A program made the translations under genes and the position numbers. A stretch of DNA of 44,620 nucleotides, taken from an uncultured bacterium (GTDB taxonomy: Bacteria > Hinthialibacterota > Hinthialibacteria > Hinthialibacterales > Hinthialibacteraceae). Shown in pieces: positions 19,020 through 28,177 of the stretch; position 1 is the stretch's first letter; every line of letters starts with the position of its first letter. Under the pieces are notes generated by a model that saw only the letters and a program-made list of their open reading frames with translations, was not told where the DNA came from and did no database searches. Location: the NCBI GenBank assembly GCA_964449065.1, contig CAYVAZ010000004.1, positions 1-44,620 of the forward strand, written 5' to 3'.

Positions 19020-19934
19020 ATGAAACCATTTATCAAAACAGAACTGTTAACCAAATCCTTCCCGCCCGAAAAACGGGGACAACCGGATTTTGTCGTATTT
19101 GAACATGTCAATATGTATATTGAAAAAGGGGAATACATCACCTGTATCGGCCATTCCGGCTGCGGAAAATCTACCATCCTCAATATTCTGGCCGGACTGG
19201 AACCCGCGTCTTCCGGCGGTGCGTTTATGAATGGCAATGAAATCGTCAAAACCAGCATCGAACGGGCTGTTGTCTTTCAAAACCACAGTTTGCTGCCCTG
19301 GCAATCGGCGATTAAAAATGTCATGTTTGCCGTACGCGCCAAGTGGCCGGGATGGTCCAAAGAAAAAATATACAAGCATAGTATGGATTATTTAGAGATG
19401 GTTGGGCTGGACAAAAGCAAGGATAAAAAACCCTACCAACTCTCCGGGGGAATGAGGCAGCGTGTGGGTATCGCCCGCGCATTCGCGATTCAATCCGATT
19501 TGCTGCTTATGGATGAACCCTTCGGCGCATTGGATGCGTTAACCCGCGGCGTGATTCAAGAAGAACTGATAAAAATTTGGAGCCGGTATCAACAAACGGT
19601 ATTTATGATCACGCATGATGTGGATGAGGCGATCCTGCTCTCAGACCGCATCTTCTTAATGACCAACGGTCCCCGCGCCAACATCGCGGAAGCGGTGGTT
19701 GTTGATATCCCCAGACCCCGAGACCGAAGCACCATTGTGCATCACCCCAACTACTACAAAATTCGAAATTACTTAGTCGATTTCTTAGTGGAACGTTCGC
19801 ATGAATTATCCGGTTCAAATCCAACCATTATAAAAATGAAAGAAAAAACAACCCCCGACTTTCAATTTCCACCCAATATTAATCCCAGTATCGAAAACAA
19901 CGAAACCCAAAATGTCGTACGGGTTAATTCATAA
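19020..19934 (+). CDS. cynD: Nitrate/cyanate ABC ATP-binding protein
   Basis: GHSGCGKST, LSGGMRQR and DEPFGALD motifs. Confidence 0.9.
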   Translation: MKPFIKTELLTKSFPPEKRGQPDFVVFEHVNMYIEKGEYITCIGHSGCGKSTILNILAGLEPASSGGAFMNGNEIVKTSIERAVVFQNHSLLPWQSAIKNVMFAVRAKWPGWSKEKIYKHSMDYLEMVGLDKSKDKKPYQLSGGMRQRVGIARAFAIQSDLLLMDEPFGALDALTRGVIQEELIKIWSRYQQTVFMITHDVDEAILLSDRIFLMTNGPRANIAEAVVVDIPRPRDRSTIVHHPNYYKIRNYLVDFLVERSHELSGSNPTIIKMKEKTTPDFQFPPNINPSIENNETQNVVRVNS

Positions 19935-19954
19935 TTGTTACGAAAGGAACGACC

Positions 19955-20398
19955 ATGAAAAAAATTGAGATGACAGAAGCCATTCTTGCCGCCAAAGCCG
20001 GGAAAGGATGCGGCTGGGCCGACATAGCCGGCGCGGTGGGCTTATCCGAAGTGTTTATCACTTCGGTTTGTTTGGGGCAAAACAGCGTGAGTGCGGAGGA
20101 TGCCGAAAAATTATCCTCCTATTTAGGTCTGCCGTCAGAGGTTACCGCGGCCTTGCAGGTCTGCCCGTTGAAGGCGGAAGGAGTGGATTTGGTTTCCAAA
20201 GACCCTCTGATCTACCGTTTCTTTGAAATAGCTTATGTATACGGTTCCAGCCTGAAAGAAGTGATACATGAGAAATTCGGAGACGGCATCATGAGCGCGA
20301 TTGACTTCACCATGGATGTGGATAAAGAAGAAGACCCAAAAGGAGACCGGGTCGTGATTACAATGAACGGGAAGTTTTTGCCCTACAAGAAATGGTAA
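19955..20398 (+). CDS. cynS: Cyanase (cyanate hydratase)
   Basis: DPLIYRFFE, EKFGDGIMSAIDF and GKFLPYKKW motifs. Confidence 0.97.
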   Translation: MKKIEMTEAILAAKAGKGCGWADIAGAVGLSEVFITSVCLGQNSVSAEDAEKLSSYLGLPSEVTAALQVCPLKAEGVDLVSKDPLIYRFFEIAYVYGSSLKEVIHEKFGDGIMSAIDFTMDVDKEEDPKGDRVVITMNGKFLPYKKW

Positions 20399-20835
20399 AT
20401 CCGGTCGTACAAGTAATATCCGGTTTGTATTTATGTTTAGCCTTCGCTGGCTGCATGCACACAAATCAACAAGATACGAATCCGCTGGTTCGTTTCGATA
20501 ATTTGAATGAATATATGGCTGAGATGGAGGTGGATTTAACGTATATCTACCTTCATCTTGGCGATGAGGATGAATGGGAAAATTGTATAGCCAAAACAAA
20601 ACGGTTGATTGTTTACTTGCAGGATAGCAAGCGTTTTATTCCGAAGTCAATTCAAGAATTGCCGGAAAATGAGCGTCATCAAAAACATGCTTTATATATT
20701 CGTTTCGCGGATAAAACAATCTGTCTCTTACAACAATTATATTTGTCATTAGTGGAGAAAGAAACAAAGGTAAGCGAAGAAATATTAAACGCAATCGATC
20801 AAAGCCGTCGCGATTGCCATGTTGCATTTGGATGA
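20392..20835 (+). CDS. Putative lipoprotein, cytochrome b562/c'-like four-helix bundle with RxxCH
   Basis: Lipobox-like AFAGC; LNEYM near the N-terminus and RRDCH near the C-terminus; overlaps the cynS stop. Confidence 0.55.
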   Translation: MVNPVVQVISGLYLCLAFAGCMHTNQQDTNPLVRFDNLNEYMAEMEVDLTYIYLHLGDEDEWENCIAKTKRLIVYLQDSKRFIPKSIQELPENERHQKHALYIRFADKTICLLQQLYLSLVEKETKVSEEILNAIDQSRRDCHVAFG

Positions 20836-20886
20836 GAAATTCTGTTCGGGAAAAGAAATTTGCCAAATCATAATAGGAGAAACACT

Positions 20887-21207
20887 ATGAAAGTTCATTA
20901 TGCTTTATTACCCATCCTCTGCTTAGCGAGCATATCCTGCAAGACGGCTGAACGAACCACTTCCACTGAATCCCCTTCCCCCATGGAAAGCGAACGGCCC
21001 TCTCAAGAAGAATTGCGCAGCAAAATTCATATCCCAAGCGAAGCGCAACCGCAAGGAACGACAGACCTACGCGGTAAAATATTTATTCCCAGTGAAAGCA
21101 ATACTCCTTCCAAGACCACATCGCTAAAATCAAAAATCTATATTCCCAGCGAGGATGATTCCTCAAGTGATTTAAAGTCAAAAATCTACATCCCCAGCGA
21201 AAGTTAA
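20887..21207 (+). CDS. Small putative lipoprotein with four L(R/K)(S/G)KI(H/F/Y)IPSE repeats
   Basis: AGGAG SD; LASISC lipobox-like motif; Ser/Thr-rich linkers. Confidence 0.7.
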   Translation: MKVHYALLPILCLASISCKTAERTTSTESPSPMESERPSQEELRSKIHIPSEAQPQGTTDLRGKIFIPSESNTPSKTTSLKSKIYIPSEDDSSSDLKSKIYIPSES

Positions 21208-21224
21208 AAGCAGATACACTCCAT

Positions 21225-21265
21225 AAAAAAGAGGCTCGTTTCTCACGACAGGAGCCTCTTTTTTT
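21225..21265. terminator. Bidirectional rho-independent terminator
   Basis: AAAAAAGAGGCTC ... GAGCCTCTTTTTTT between convergent operons. Confidence 0.8.
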
Positions 21266-21330
21266 GTATTCATACGCAACAAGTTATACCGATTGCAAAT
21301 AGAAAAACCAAGTAAATTAAGCCAATATGT

Positions 21331-21440
21331 GTGCAGCAAGGATGCCTGCACCACAACGATTTCCAGGCTGAATTGTAGTGCAGGCGACCTGCCTGCTAAT
21401 GTTGTATTGTAGTACAAGCGTTCCGCCTGCTAATGTTGTT
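21331..21440. repeat. Cluster of GTRGTGCAGGC-type REPs: one inverted copy plus two tandem 34-bp copies
   Basis: 21373-21406 and 21407-21440 are direct copies; 21331-21356 is an inverted relative. Confidence 0.7.
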
Positions 21441-21626
21441 TTCTCAGAAACTCAACCATACGGGATCATGAAACGGTGGGGTGATACGGTAGGATAGGCT
21501 CAAAGCGAAGCCTAGCCCACCATGACCAACTCTGCACACTCGATTTGAACCGGCATTCTTACTGCTACTTGATATTCTTTACCAAAAATTCGCCATTTAT
21601 CGCTCACCTTTCCCCACCCTCTTCCA

Positions 21627-23390
21627 TCAATATACATCGCGTTGATAGCGTTTTTCCGCCTGCAAGCGTTGGATATAATCGGCGGCTTCTTCTTCACTCA
21701 TGCCGCCCGCGGTTTGCGCGATGGTGTGGAGCGCTTCATGGACATCCTTGGCCATCCGTTTTGCATCTCCACATACATAGAAATAGCCCCCTTCTTCCAG
21801 CCATTCATAGATTTCCCGCGCGCGCTCGACCATACGGTTTTGCACATACAGCTTTTGATCTTGATCCCGCGAAAACGCGGTATCCATTTTGGTGAGGACG
21901 CCTTCATTCATCATACGCTCAATTTCTTCGCGGTAGAGAAAGTCAGAATCTTGATGAGGATTGCCGAAGAACAACCAGTTCTTTCCGGGATTGCCGGACA
22001 TGCGTCTCTCTTCTAAAAAGGCACGGAACGGGGCAATCCCGGTTCCCGGCCCCACCATGATGATAGGTTTTTCGTGATCCTCAGGCAGACCAAAGTTTTT
22101 GGATGGAGAGATATATACCGGGACAGTTGAGCCTTCTTCGACCAAGCGGGCTAAGAAGCCGGAGCATACACCGTGATGCAAGCGGCCTTCGGTTTCATAT
22201 TTCACGACACCAACAGTAATATGCACTTCTTCCGGATGAGCGTTGGGACTGGATGAGATCGAATACAAACGGGGTTGCAGCGGTTTGAGCTGTTCGATCC
22301 ATTCTTCGGCCGTTGTGTCAACGGTTGGAAGTTCGTTCAGTACATCCAATATTTCCTTGCCCCAAATATACTCGTTGTATTTTTCTTTGTTTTCCGCTTG
22401 CAGCAATTCTTCTACCCACTCGCTGCCGGTTTTGTCATGCAGCCATTGCATTAGGCTTTTGGTTGGTTTGGATACATCCAACTTGTGGATCAACGCTTCC
22501 CGCAGGGGCATACTGCCTTCCTTGGGGATGGTGACCGCCGCGCTGCCGTCTAAATTTAACACATTGATTAACGCGTCCACTTCATCCGGACAGTTTTGGG
22601 GAACCACGCCCAAGGCATCGCCCACTTTGTATTCCATTCCCGATCCTTGCAGCGAAATTTCCACATGGCGGGTATCTTTCTCCGAACCCTCCGCGTTGAG
22701 TTTTACCACACGTTTGATGGTTGCCGGAAACGGATTGCGTTTGGAATAGCCTTCCTCTTCGGCCGCCGCTTTTCCGTTAGTGGAAGCCGCGGCCGCAAGC
22801 ACGTTTTGATCTTCGGATTGTATCGCCGGGATAACACCGGCAGCCCATTCTTCATACACATCATCATAGTCCACATCGCAATCCATGCGTTGAAAAACCC
22901 GTTGGGCGCCGAGTTGTTCCAAGCGGGTATCGACATCTTTGCCGAATTGACAGAACTGTTCGTAGTTGGTGTCACCCAATGCCAAGACGGAATATTCCAG
23001 GTGGGAAAGTGATGGGGCCGAATCGGCGGAAAGTTCTTCCCAAAAACGTTGCGCGTTATCAGGCGGGTCTCCATCGCCATAGGTGCTGGTGATGATGAGA
23101 ACTTTTTTATCGGATTTTAGATTGTTGATGGGATATTCCGCCATGTCATACACCGTCGGGGCGAATCCGTTTTTGCCGGCTTGTTTGGAAAGCATTTTCG
23201 CCAAGGCCTCCGCGTTGCCGGTTTGCGAACCAAACAGGATCGACAACGGCGTGAGCGACGCGGATGCCGCCTGCCCAATTTGGGGTGCTTCCTGCCGGGA
23301 AAACACACCGGCCAAAAAGCCGTTTAGCCACGCGCGCTGTTCCGGCGAGAACGGCGCGTGGTCCGGTATGGATGGGATCTGATTCGCCAT
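21627..23390 (-). CDS. CysJ-like diflavin (FMN/FAD) NADPH oxidoreductase, probable electron donor for nitrate/nitrite reduction
   Basis: GSQTGNAE, STYGDGDPPDN, PRLYSISS, GPGTGIAPF, YVCGDA and RYQRDVY motifs. Confidence 0.92.
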   Translation of the reverse strand: MANQIPSIPDHAPFSPEQRAWLNGFLAGVFSRQEAPQIGQAASASLTPLSILFGSQTGNAEALAKMLSKQAGKNGFAPTVYDMAEYPINNLKSDKKVLIITSTYGDGDPPDNAQRFWEELSADSAPSLSHLEYSVLALGDTNYEQFCQFGKDVDTRLEQLGAQRVFQRMDCDVDYDDVYEEWAAGVIPAIQSEDQNVLAAAASTNGKAAAEEEGYSKRNPFPATIKRVVKLNAEGSEKDTRHVEISLQGSGMEYKVGDALGVVPQNCPDEVDALINVLNLDGSAAVTIPKEGSMPLREALIHKLDVSKPTKSLMQWLHDKTGSEWVEELLQAENKEKYNEYIWGKEILDVLNELPTVDTTAEEWIEQLKPLQPRLYSISSSPNAHPEEVHITVGVVKYETEGRLHHGVCSGFLARLVEEGSTVPVYISPSKNFGLPEDHEKPIIMVGPGTGIAPFRAFLEERRMSGNPGKNWLFFGNPHQDSDFLYREEIERMMNEGVLTKMDTAFSRDQDQKLYVQNRMVERAREIYEWLEEGGYFYVCGDAKRMAKDVHEALHTIAQTAGGMSEEEAADYIQRLQAEKRYQRDVY

Positions 23391-23401
23391 AGTCAATTCC
23401 C

Positions 23402-26400
23402 TTAATTCGAAAAGAGTTCTTGCAGTTCACCGGCGTCATGACGGCGGGTAAACGCCGCAAACGATTCGCCTTTGTTTCGGTTTTCGAGGTACACATTCAG
23501 CACCTGTTCAAGCAATTTCGGGACGCGGGAAAATGGGATGCCTTTAAATACCTCTTGGGCGATGCCTTGGTCTTGATCGACTCCACCACCGAAGACGATG
23601 TTGTAGCCTTCGACCTGTTCGCCGTTTTCGGTAACCTTGGTGCCAAGCAAGCCGATATCGCCGCAATAGTGCTGCGCGCACGAATGCGGGCAGCCGGTAA
23701 GATGAATGTTGATGGGTTGATCGAGATTCACGCGCCCGTCTAGGTAACTCGCTAGTTCGACCGCTTGGCCTTTGGTGTTTGTCGATGAAAACTTGCAGCC
23801 GGTATTGCCCGTGCAGGCAATGAAGCCGCCGGTAATCGCGCTGGCTTTGATATCGAAGCCGGCGTTTTTTATCATCCGTTCAACGGATTGCAAATGGGTT
23901 TCATTTATATTGGGGATAATCACGTTCTGCCAAACGGTCAGCCGCAACTCACCCGAACCGTATGCTTCCGCCGTTTCGGCAAGGATTCGCATTTGTTTGG
24001 TGGTCATATGGCCAACTGGAACCGCCACACCGGCATAATTCAATCCCGCTTGTTTCTGTTTAAAGATTCCGATATGTCCGTGACGGATGGTGTGTCTGTT
24101 GGGGTTACAATCTTCAACAGGAAACCTTCTCAGTTCGAACGAAAGTTTCTTTTGCACCTCTTCGATATACTTCTCAAGACCCCACTCATCCAAAAGGTAC
24201 TTCAAGCGCGCCTTTTTGCGGTTCATCCGGTTCCCGTTTTCGATGAAGACTTTCAGAATCGCTACCGCGACCGAAATACACTCATTGGGGTGAATAAGAA
24301 TACCGGAATCGCGCGCGAAATCGCCATGGCCGGTGATGCCCCCGAGTTCGACGCGGAAATAGACACCGGGTTTAACCGCATGACCTTCGCCAACCCGTAC
24401 CGCTACAAATGCGATGTCGTTGGTATCGGATACCACGCTGATTGAACCGCCGCTGTCAAACGCGATGTTGAATTTCCGCGGCAAACCATACAACTCACGG
24501 TGATTGAGAATATAGTGATGCATGGCTTTGGCCAGCGGCCGCACGTCATAGACCTCACTGGTGTCAATCCCGGACGTGGGCGTTGCGGTGATATTGCGAA
24601 TGTTATCCGCACCGGAACCTTTTGAAGTTAAGCCGATATCCGATAGTTTCATCAAAACATTGACTGTATCGTTTGGTTGAATTTCTCGGATTTGAATATT
24701 GGCGCGGGTGGTGATACTGGCATACTTCCCGCCCCAGCGTTCGGCGATATCCGCCAAGCCGCGCATCTGGTTGGTGGTGAGTATTCCGGCTGGAATACGG
24801 CAGCGCAGCATGAAAGCCTCTTGCGCGGGGGATACATAAAACAAGCCGTGAAACTTAAAACGAAAAACATCGCCGCCTTCGGGAAACTTGTTTTCTTCCG
24901 CGTGATGCATGATTTTTCCCCATACATCCAAGCCGTTCAGTTCATGCTTTACTTTCTCTTCCTTGCTCAAATCTTCGAGAGGCGTGCCGTATACCGTGTC
25001 CGGTTCTTGCGTGCCGCTTTGGGTTTCCGAACCCGGCAACGATATCCCTTGAATGCGCGAACCGGCGAATAAGCCTTCTAAAAATTCTTTTTGTTCTTTC
25101 GTAAAGGATTCATCTTTGGTGTTGGCATCGGCAATCATATTGGTACTCCCTTTTTGCGGATTGGATTCCTGTTTCGATAATTTCACCGCGCTGAGTTTGA
25201 ATTCGGGCTGCCAAGATACGGGATCCACTTCATCGGAAGTCGCCGCGTTGACGGCATGATCCCCGTCGTTCCAATGAAAGGGGGCAAAGCAAACATCCGG
25301 GGCGATACGGTCTTCGATCTTTGCCGGATAAGACGCAATCCCTTGTTCGGATTCGATCTGAACAATATCGCCTTCTTGAATGCCGTATTGTTCCGCGGTG
25401 CGGGGATGAATCTGCAAAAATGGACCGGGATTAAGCCGGTTGAGTGTGGCGATGGTTCCGGTTTTGGTGCGGGTATGCCACTGGTGAGGCAGTCTTCCGT
25501 TGGTGAATGATAGTGTGTATTTCTCATTCGGCTCATTGGGGGAAGGCAAATCATCGTGCACACAAAATTTCGCTTTGCCGGAATCGGTGGCAAATTTCAT
25601 GATCGTGGGATTGTAGGTCTGATACCGGCGTTTGCTGATACATTCGCTATCGGATGTTGACGGCCATGAAACCGCTTCATTGCGCAGGCGTTCGTAACTC
25701 ATACCATCCAATACATACCCGGTTTTGGGATTGGCGGTTCGCTTAATTTCTTCAAACACGTCCGAAGTGGAGGCAAACGGAAACGCGTCGGTGAATCCCA
25801 TGCGCTTGGCAACTTCGGCAATCATTTTCCAATCGGCCATGGCATCGCCAGGCGGATCAACCGCGTTCTGCATGAGCGTGATCCGGCGTTCGGAATTCGT
25901 CATGGTACCCTCGGCTTCCGCCCACAGCGCGCCGGGCAGCAGAATGTCGGCATATTCGGTGGTCTCCGTGGGATGATAGGCATCTTGCACGATGACCAAC
26001 TCAGCGTTTTGCAATCCCGCGATGACATGCTTGCGGTTGGCAACGCTGGCTACCGGATTGGTCGCGATGATCCACACCGCTTTTACGCGGCCTTCTTCCA
26101 GCGCTTTAAATAACGAAACCGTATGCAATCCTGGTTTGGGTGAGATGGTACCTGCTTCAATTCCCCATACCTCTTCGATGAACCGTCTATCTTCTTCTTC
26201 GTTCACTGCGCGTTGACCTGGAAGTGTGTTGCAAAGATAGCCCACTTCGCGGCCGCCCATCGCGTTGGGTTGCCCTGTAAGTGAAAACGGACCTGCCCCG
26301 TGAATGCCGATGGCTCCGGTGGCCAGATGCAGATTGCATAGCGCGTTGGTATTGGCGGTGCCTTTGGTGCTTTGGTTAAGCCCCATGGTCCAAAAACTCA

Positions 26401-27265
26401 TCCAGCGTTTGGTGGAGGCGATCCATTGCGCGGCGGTATGGATTTGCTCCACTGGAATACCGGTCCGTTCCGAGACACGTTCCGGTGTATATTGCGCCAT
26501 GTGTTGTTTGGCTTCTTCCCAGCCTTCGCTATTATTCTCAATAAACTCTTCATCAACCGCGTTGTCCTTGATCAGAAGATGAAGCAATCCGTTCAACAAA
26601 GTTAAATCGGTACCAGGTTTGATTTGCATGAAGAGACCGGCTTTATCGGCGGTCGCGGTCTTGCGGGGGTCAACAACGATCAACTTGGCGTTGGCTTTCT
26701 TGACCCGGTCCATCATGCGTAAAAACAAAATCGGATGGCAGTCCGCCATGTTGGAACCGGTGACAAAAAACAATTCCGCATGCTCAATGTCTTCGTAACA
26801 TCCCGGCGGGGCATCGGCGCCGAAAGACGTTTTGTAGCCGCTGGCCGCGCTGGCCATGCAAAGGCGCGAGTTGGAATCAATATTATTGGTCCCGATGAAC
26901 CCTTTGCACAGTTTGGTGGCAAGATACTGCGCTTCGGTCGACATCTGGCCGGAGACATACATCGCGACCGCATCTTTGCCATGCTCTCTAATGATTCGGC
27001 TGAGTTGTTCAGCGGTTTGCTGTAACGCGTTGTCTACCGGGATGGTTTTAAAGTCTTCCTTGCGCGCGGTACGCGACATGGCATGTTTCAAACGGGTATC
27101 AACATCAATGGCTTGATGGGCAGTCAATCCTTTGGTGCACAGTTTGCCGAAGTTGGCGGGATGATCGGCATCCCCTGCAACGTGAACCACACGATTCTCT
27201 TCCACGGATAACATCATCCCGCATCCGACACCGCAATATGGGCATACTGATTTAACTTGCTTCAT
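23402..27265 (-). CDS. Fused assimilatory nitrate reductase (NasA/NarB-type Mo-bisPGD) and siroheme nitrite reductase (NirA)
   Basis: CPYCGVGC..LCTKG, NSRLCMASA, TGQPNAMGGRE and PEFK in aa 1-~700; LPRKFNIAF, CTGNTGC and TGCPHSC in aa 710-1287. Confidence 0.92.
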   Translation of the reverse strand: MKQVKSVCPYCGVGCGMMLSVEENRVVHVAGDADHPANFGKLCTKGLTAHQAIDVDTRLKHAMSRTARKEDFKTIPVDNALQQTAEQLSRIIREHGKDAVAMYVSGQMSTEAQYLATKLCKGFIGTNNIDSNSRLCMASAASGYKTSFGADAPPGCYEDIEHAELFFVTGSNMADCHPILFLRMMDRVKKANAKLIVVDPRKTATADKAGLFMQIKPGTDLTLLNGLLHLLIKDNAVDEEFIENNSEGWEEAKQHMAQYTPERVSERTGIPVEQIHTAAQWIASTKRWMSFWTMGLNQSTKGTANTNALCNLHLATGAIGIHGAGPFSLTGQPNAMGGREVGYLCNTLPGQRAVNEEEDRRFIEEVWGIEAGTISPKPGLHTVSLFKALEEGRVKAVWIIATNPVASVANRKHVIAGLQNAELVIVQDAYHPTETTEYADILLPGALWAEAEGTMTNSERRITLMQNAVDPPGDAMADWKMIAEVAKRMGFTDAFPFASTSDVFEEIKRTANPKTGYVLDGMSYERLRNEAVSWPSTSDSECISKRRYQTYNPTIMKFATDSGKAKFCVHDDLPSPNEPNEKYTLSFTNGRLPHQWHTRTKTGTIATLNRLNPGPFLQIHPRTAEQYGIQEGDIVQIESEQGIASYPAKIEDRIAPDVCFAPFHWNDGDHAVNAATSDEVDPVSWQPEFKLSAVKLSKQESNPQKGSTNMIADANTKDESFTKEQKEFLEGLFAGSRIQGISLPGSETQSGTQEPDTVYGTPLEDLSKEEKVKHELNGLDVWGKIMHHAEENKFPEGGDVFRFKFHGLFYVSPAQEAFMLRCRIPAGILTTNQMRGLADIAERWGGKYASITTRANIQIREIQPNDTVNVLMKLSDIGLTSKGSGADNIRNITATPTSGIDTSEVYDVRPLAKAMHHYILNHRELYGLPRKFNIAFDSGGSISVVSDTNDIAFVAVRVGEGHAVKPGVYFRVELGGITGHGDFARDSGILIHPNECISVAVAILKVFIENGNRMNRKKARLKYLLDEWGLEKYIEEVQKKLSFELRRFPVEDCNPNRHTIRHGHIGIFKQKQAGLNYAGVAVPVGHMTTKQMRILAETAEAYGSGELRLTVWQNVIIPNINETHLQSVERMIKNAGFDIKASAITGGFIACTGNTGCKFSSTNTKGQAVELASYLDGRVNLDQPINIHLTGCPHSCAQHYCGDIGLLGTKVTENGEQVEGYNIVFGGGVDQDQGIAQEVFKGIPFSRVPKLLEQVLNVYLENRNKGESFAAFTRRHDAGELQELFSN

Positions 27266-27371
27266 AGGAACGTTTTCTTGTTCGTTCTTTGAGCGTTAGG
27301 ATTGAACTGCAAGAGTCCGTCGTCCTTCCCTCCCCCGTGTTACGGGAATGGAAGGATTGACCTGAATCGCT

Positions 27372-28166
27372 CTAATTTTCATTCGGCATATCTTTTTGCT
27401 GATACAAAAACTTTAAAACTTCGGCGCGGTATTGGTTGTAATTTGGATTGTCGGCCAACTCCACACGGTTGCGGGGGCGCGGCAGATCGATATCCAAAAT
27501 TTGCGCGATGGTAGCCGCCGGGCCGTTGCTCATCATGACAATGCGGTCAGACAACAAGACGGCTTCGTCAACATCGTGTGTGATCATGATGACGGTGGAT
27601 TCTTGTTGTCCATGTATTTCCAAAATCGAATCCTGCAAGCTGGCGCGGGTAAGGGCGTCCAGTGCCCCCATCGGCTCATCCAACAAAAGAACCTTGGGTT
27701 TCATCGCCAACGCGCGGGCAATGCCGACACGCTGCTTCATCCCGCCGGATATCTCCGCGGGGCGTTTGTCTTTCGCGTGCTCCATGTGCACGAGTTCCAA
27801 ATTGTGCAGAATCCAATCATGGCGATCTTTCTTGTTCATCTCACCGCGAAACACCTTATCAACCGCCAACTGCACATTGCCATAGACGGTAAACCAAGGC
27901 AGCAGTGAATGGTTTTGAAACACCACCGCGCGGTCGGGGCCGGGTTCATACACTTCTTTCTCTTCCAAAATCACGCCGCCGCCGGTGGCGCGGTTTAATC
28001 CCGCAATGATGTTCAACAGGGTTGATTTGCCGCAGCCGGAATGGCCTATGATTGAGATGAATTCATGCTGCCCGATATTCAAGTCGATATCGCGAATGGC
28101 GCAAAAGGGGCCTTTATTGGTCGGGAACGACATTTCCACATTTTCAACAGTTAAAAATCCATGCAT
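27372..28166 (-). CDS. nrtD: Nitrate ABC ATP-binding protein
   Basis: GHSGCGKST, ISGGMKQR and DEPMGALD motifs. Confidence 0.9.
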   Translation of the reverse strand: MHGFLTVENVEMSFPTNKGPFCAIRDIDLNIGQHEFISIIGHSGCGKSTLLNIIAGLNRATGGGVILEEKEVYEPGPDRAVVFQNHSLLPWFTVYGNVQLAVDKVFRGEMNKKDRHDWILHNLELVHMEHAKDKRPAEISGGMKQRVGIARALAMKPKVLLLDEPMGALDALTRASLQDSILEIHGQQESTVIMITHDVDEAVLLSDRIVMMSNGPAATIAQILDIDLPRPRNRVELADNPNYNQYRAEVLKFLYQQKDMPNEN

Positions 28167-28177
28167 GACCTATCTCC

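Noticed and set aside
21627..23390. Sulfate-assimilation cysJ
   Set aside because: No cysI/cysH nearby; it is the last gene of the nitrate operon, so a nitrogen role is more plausible
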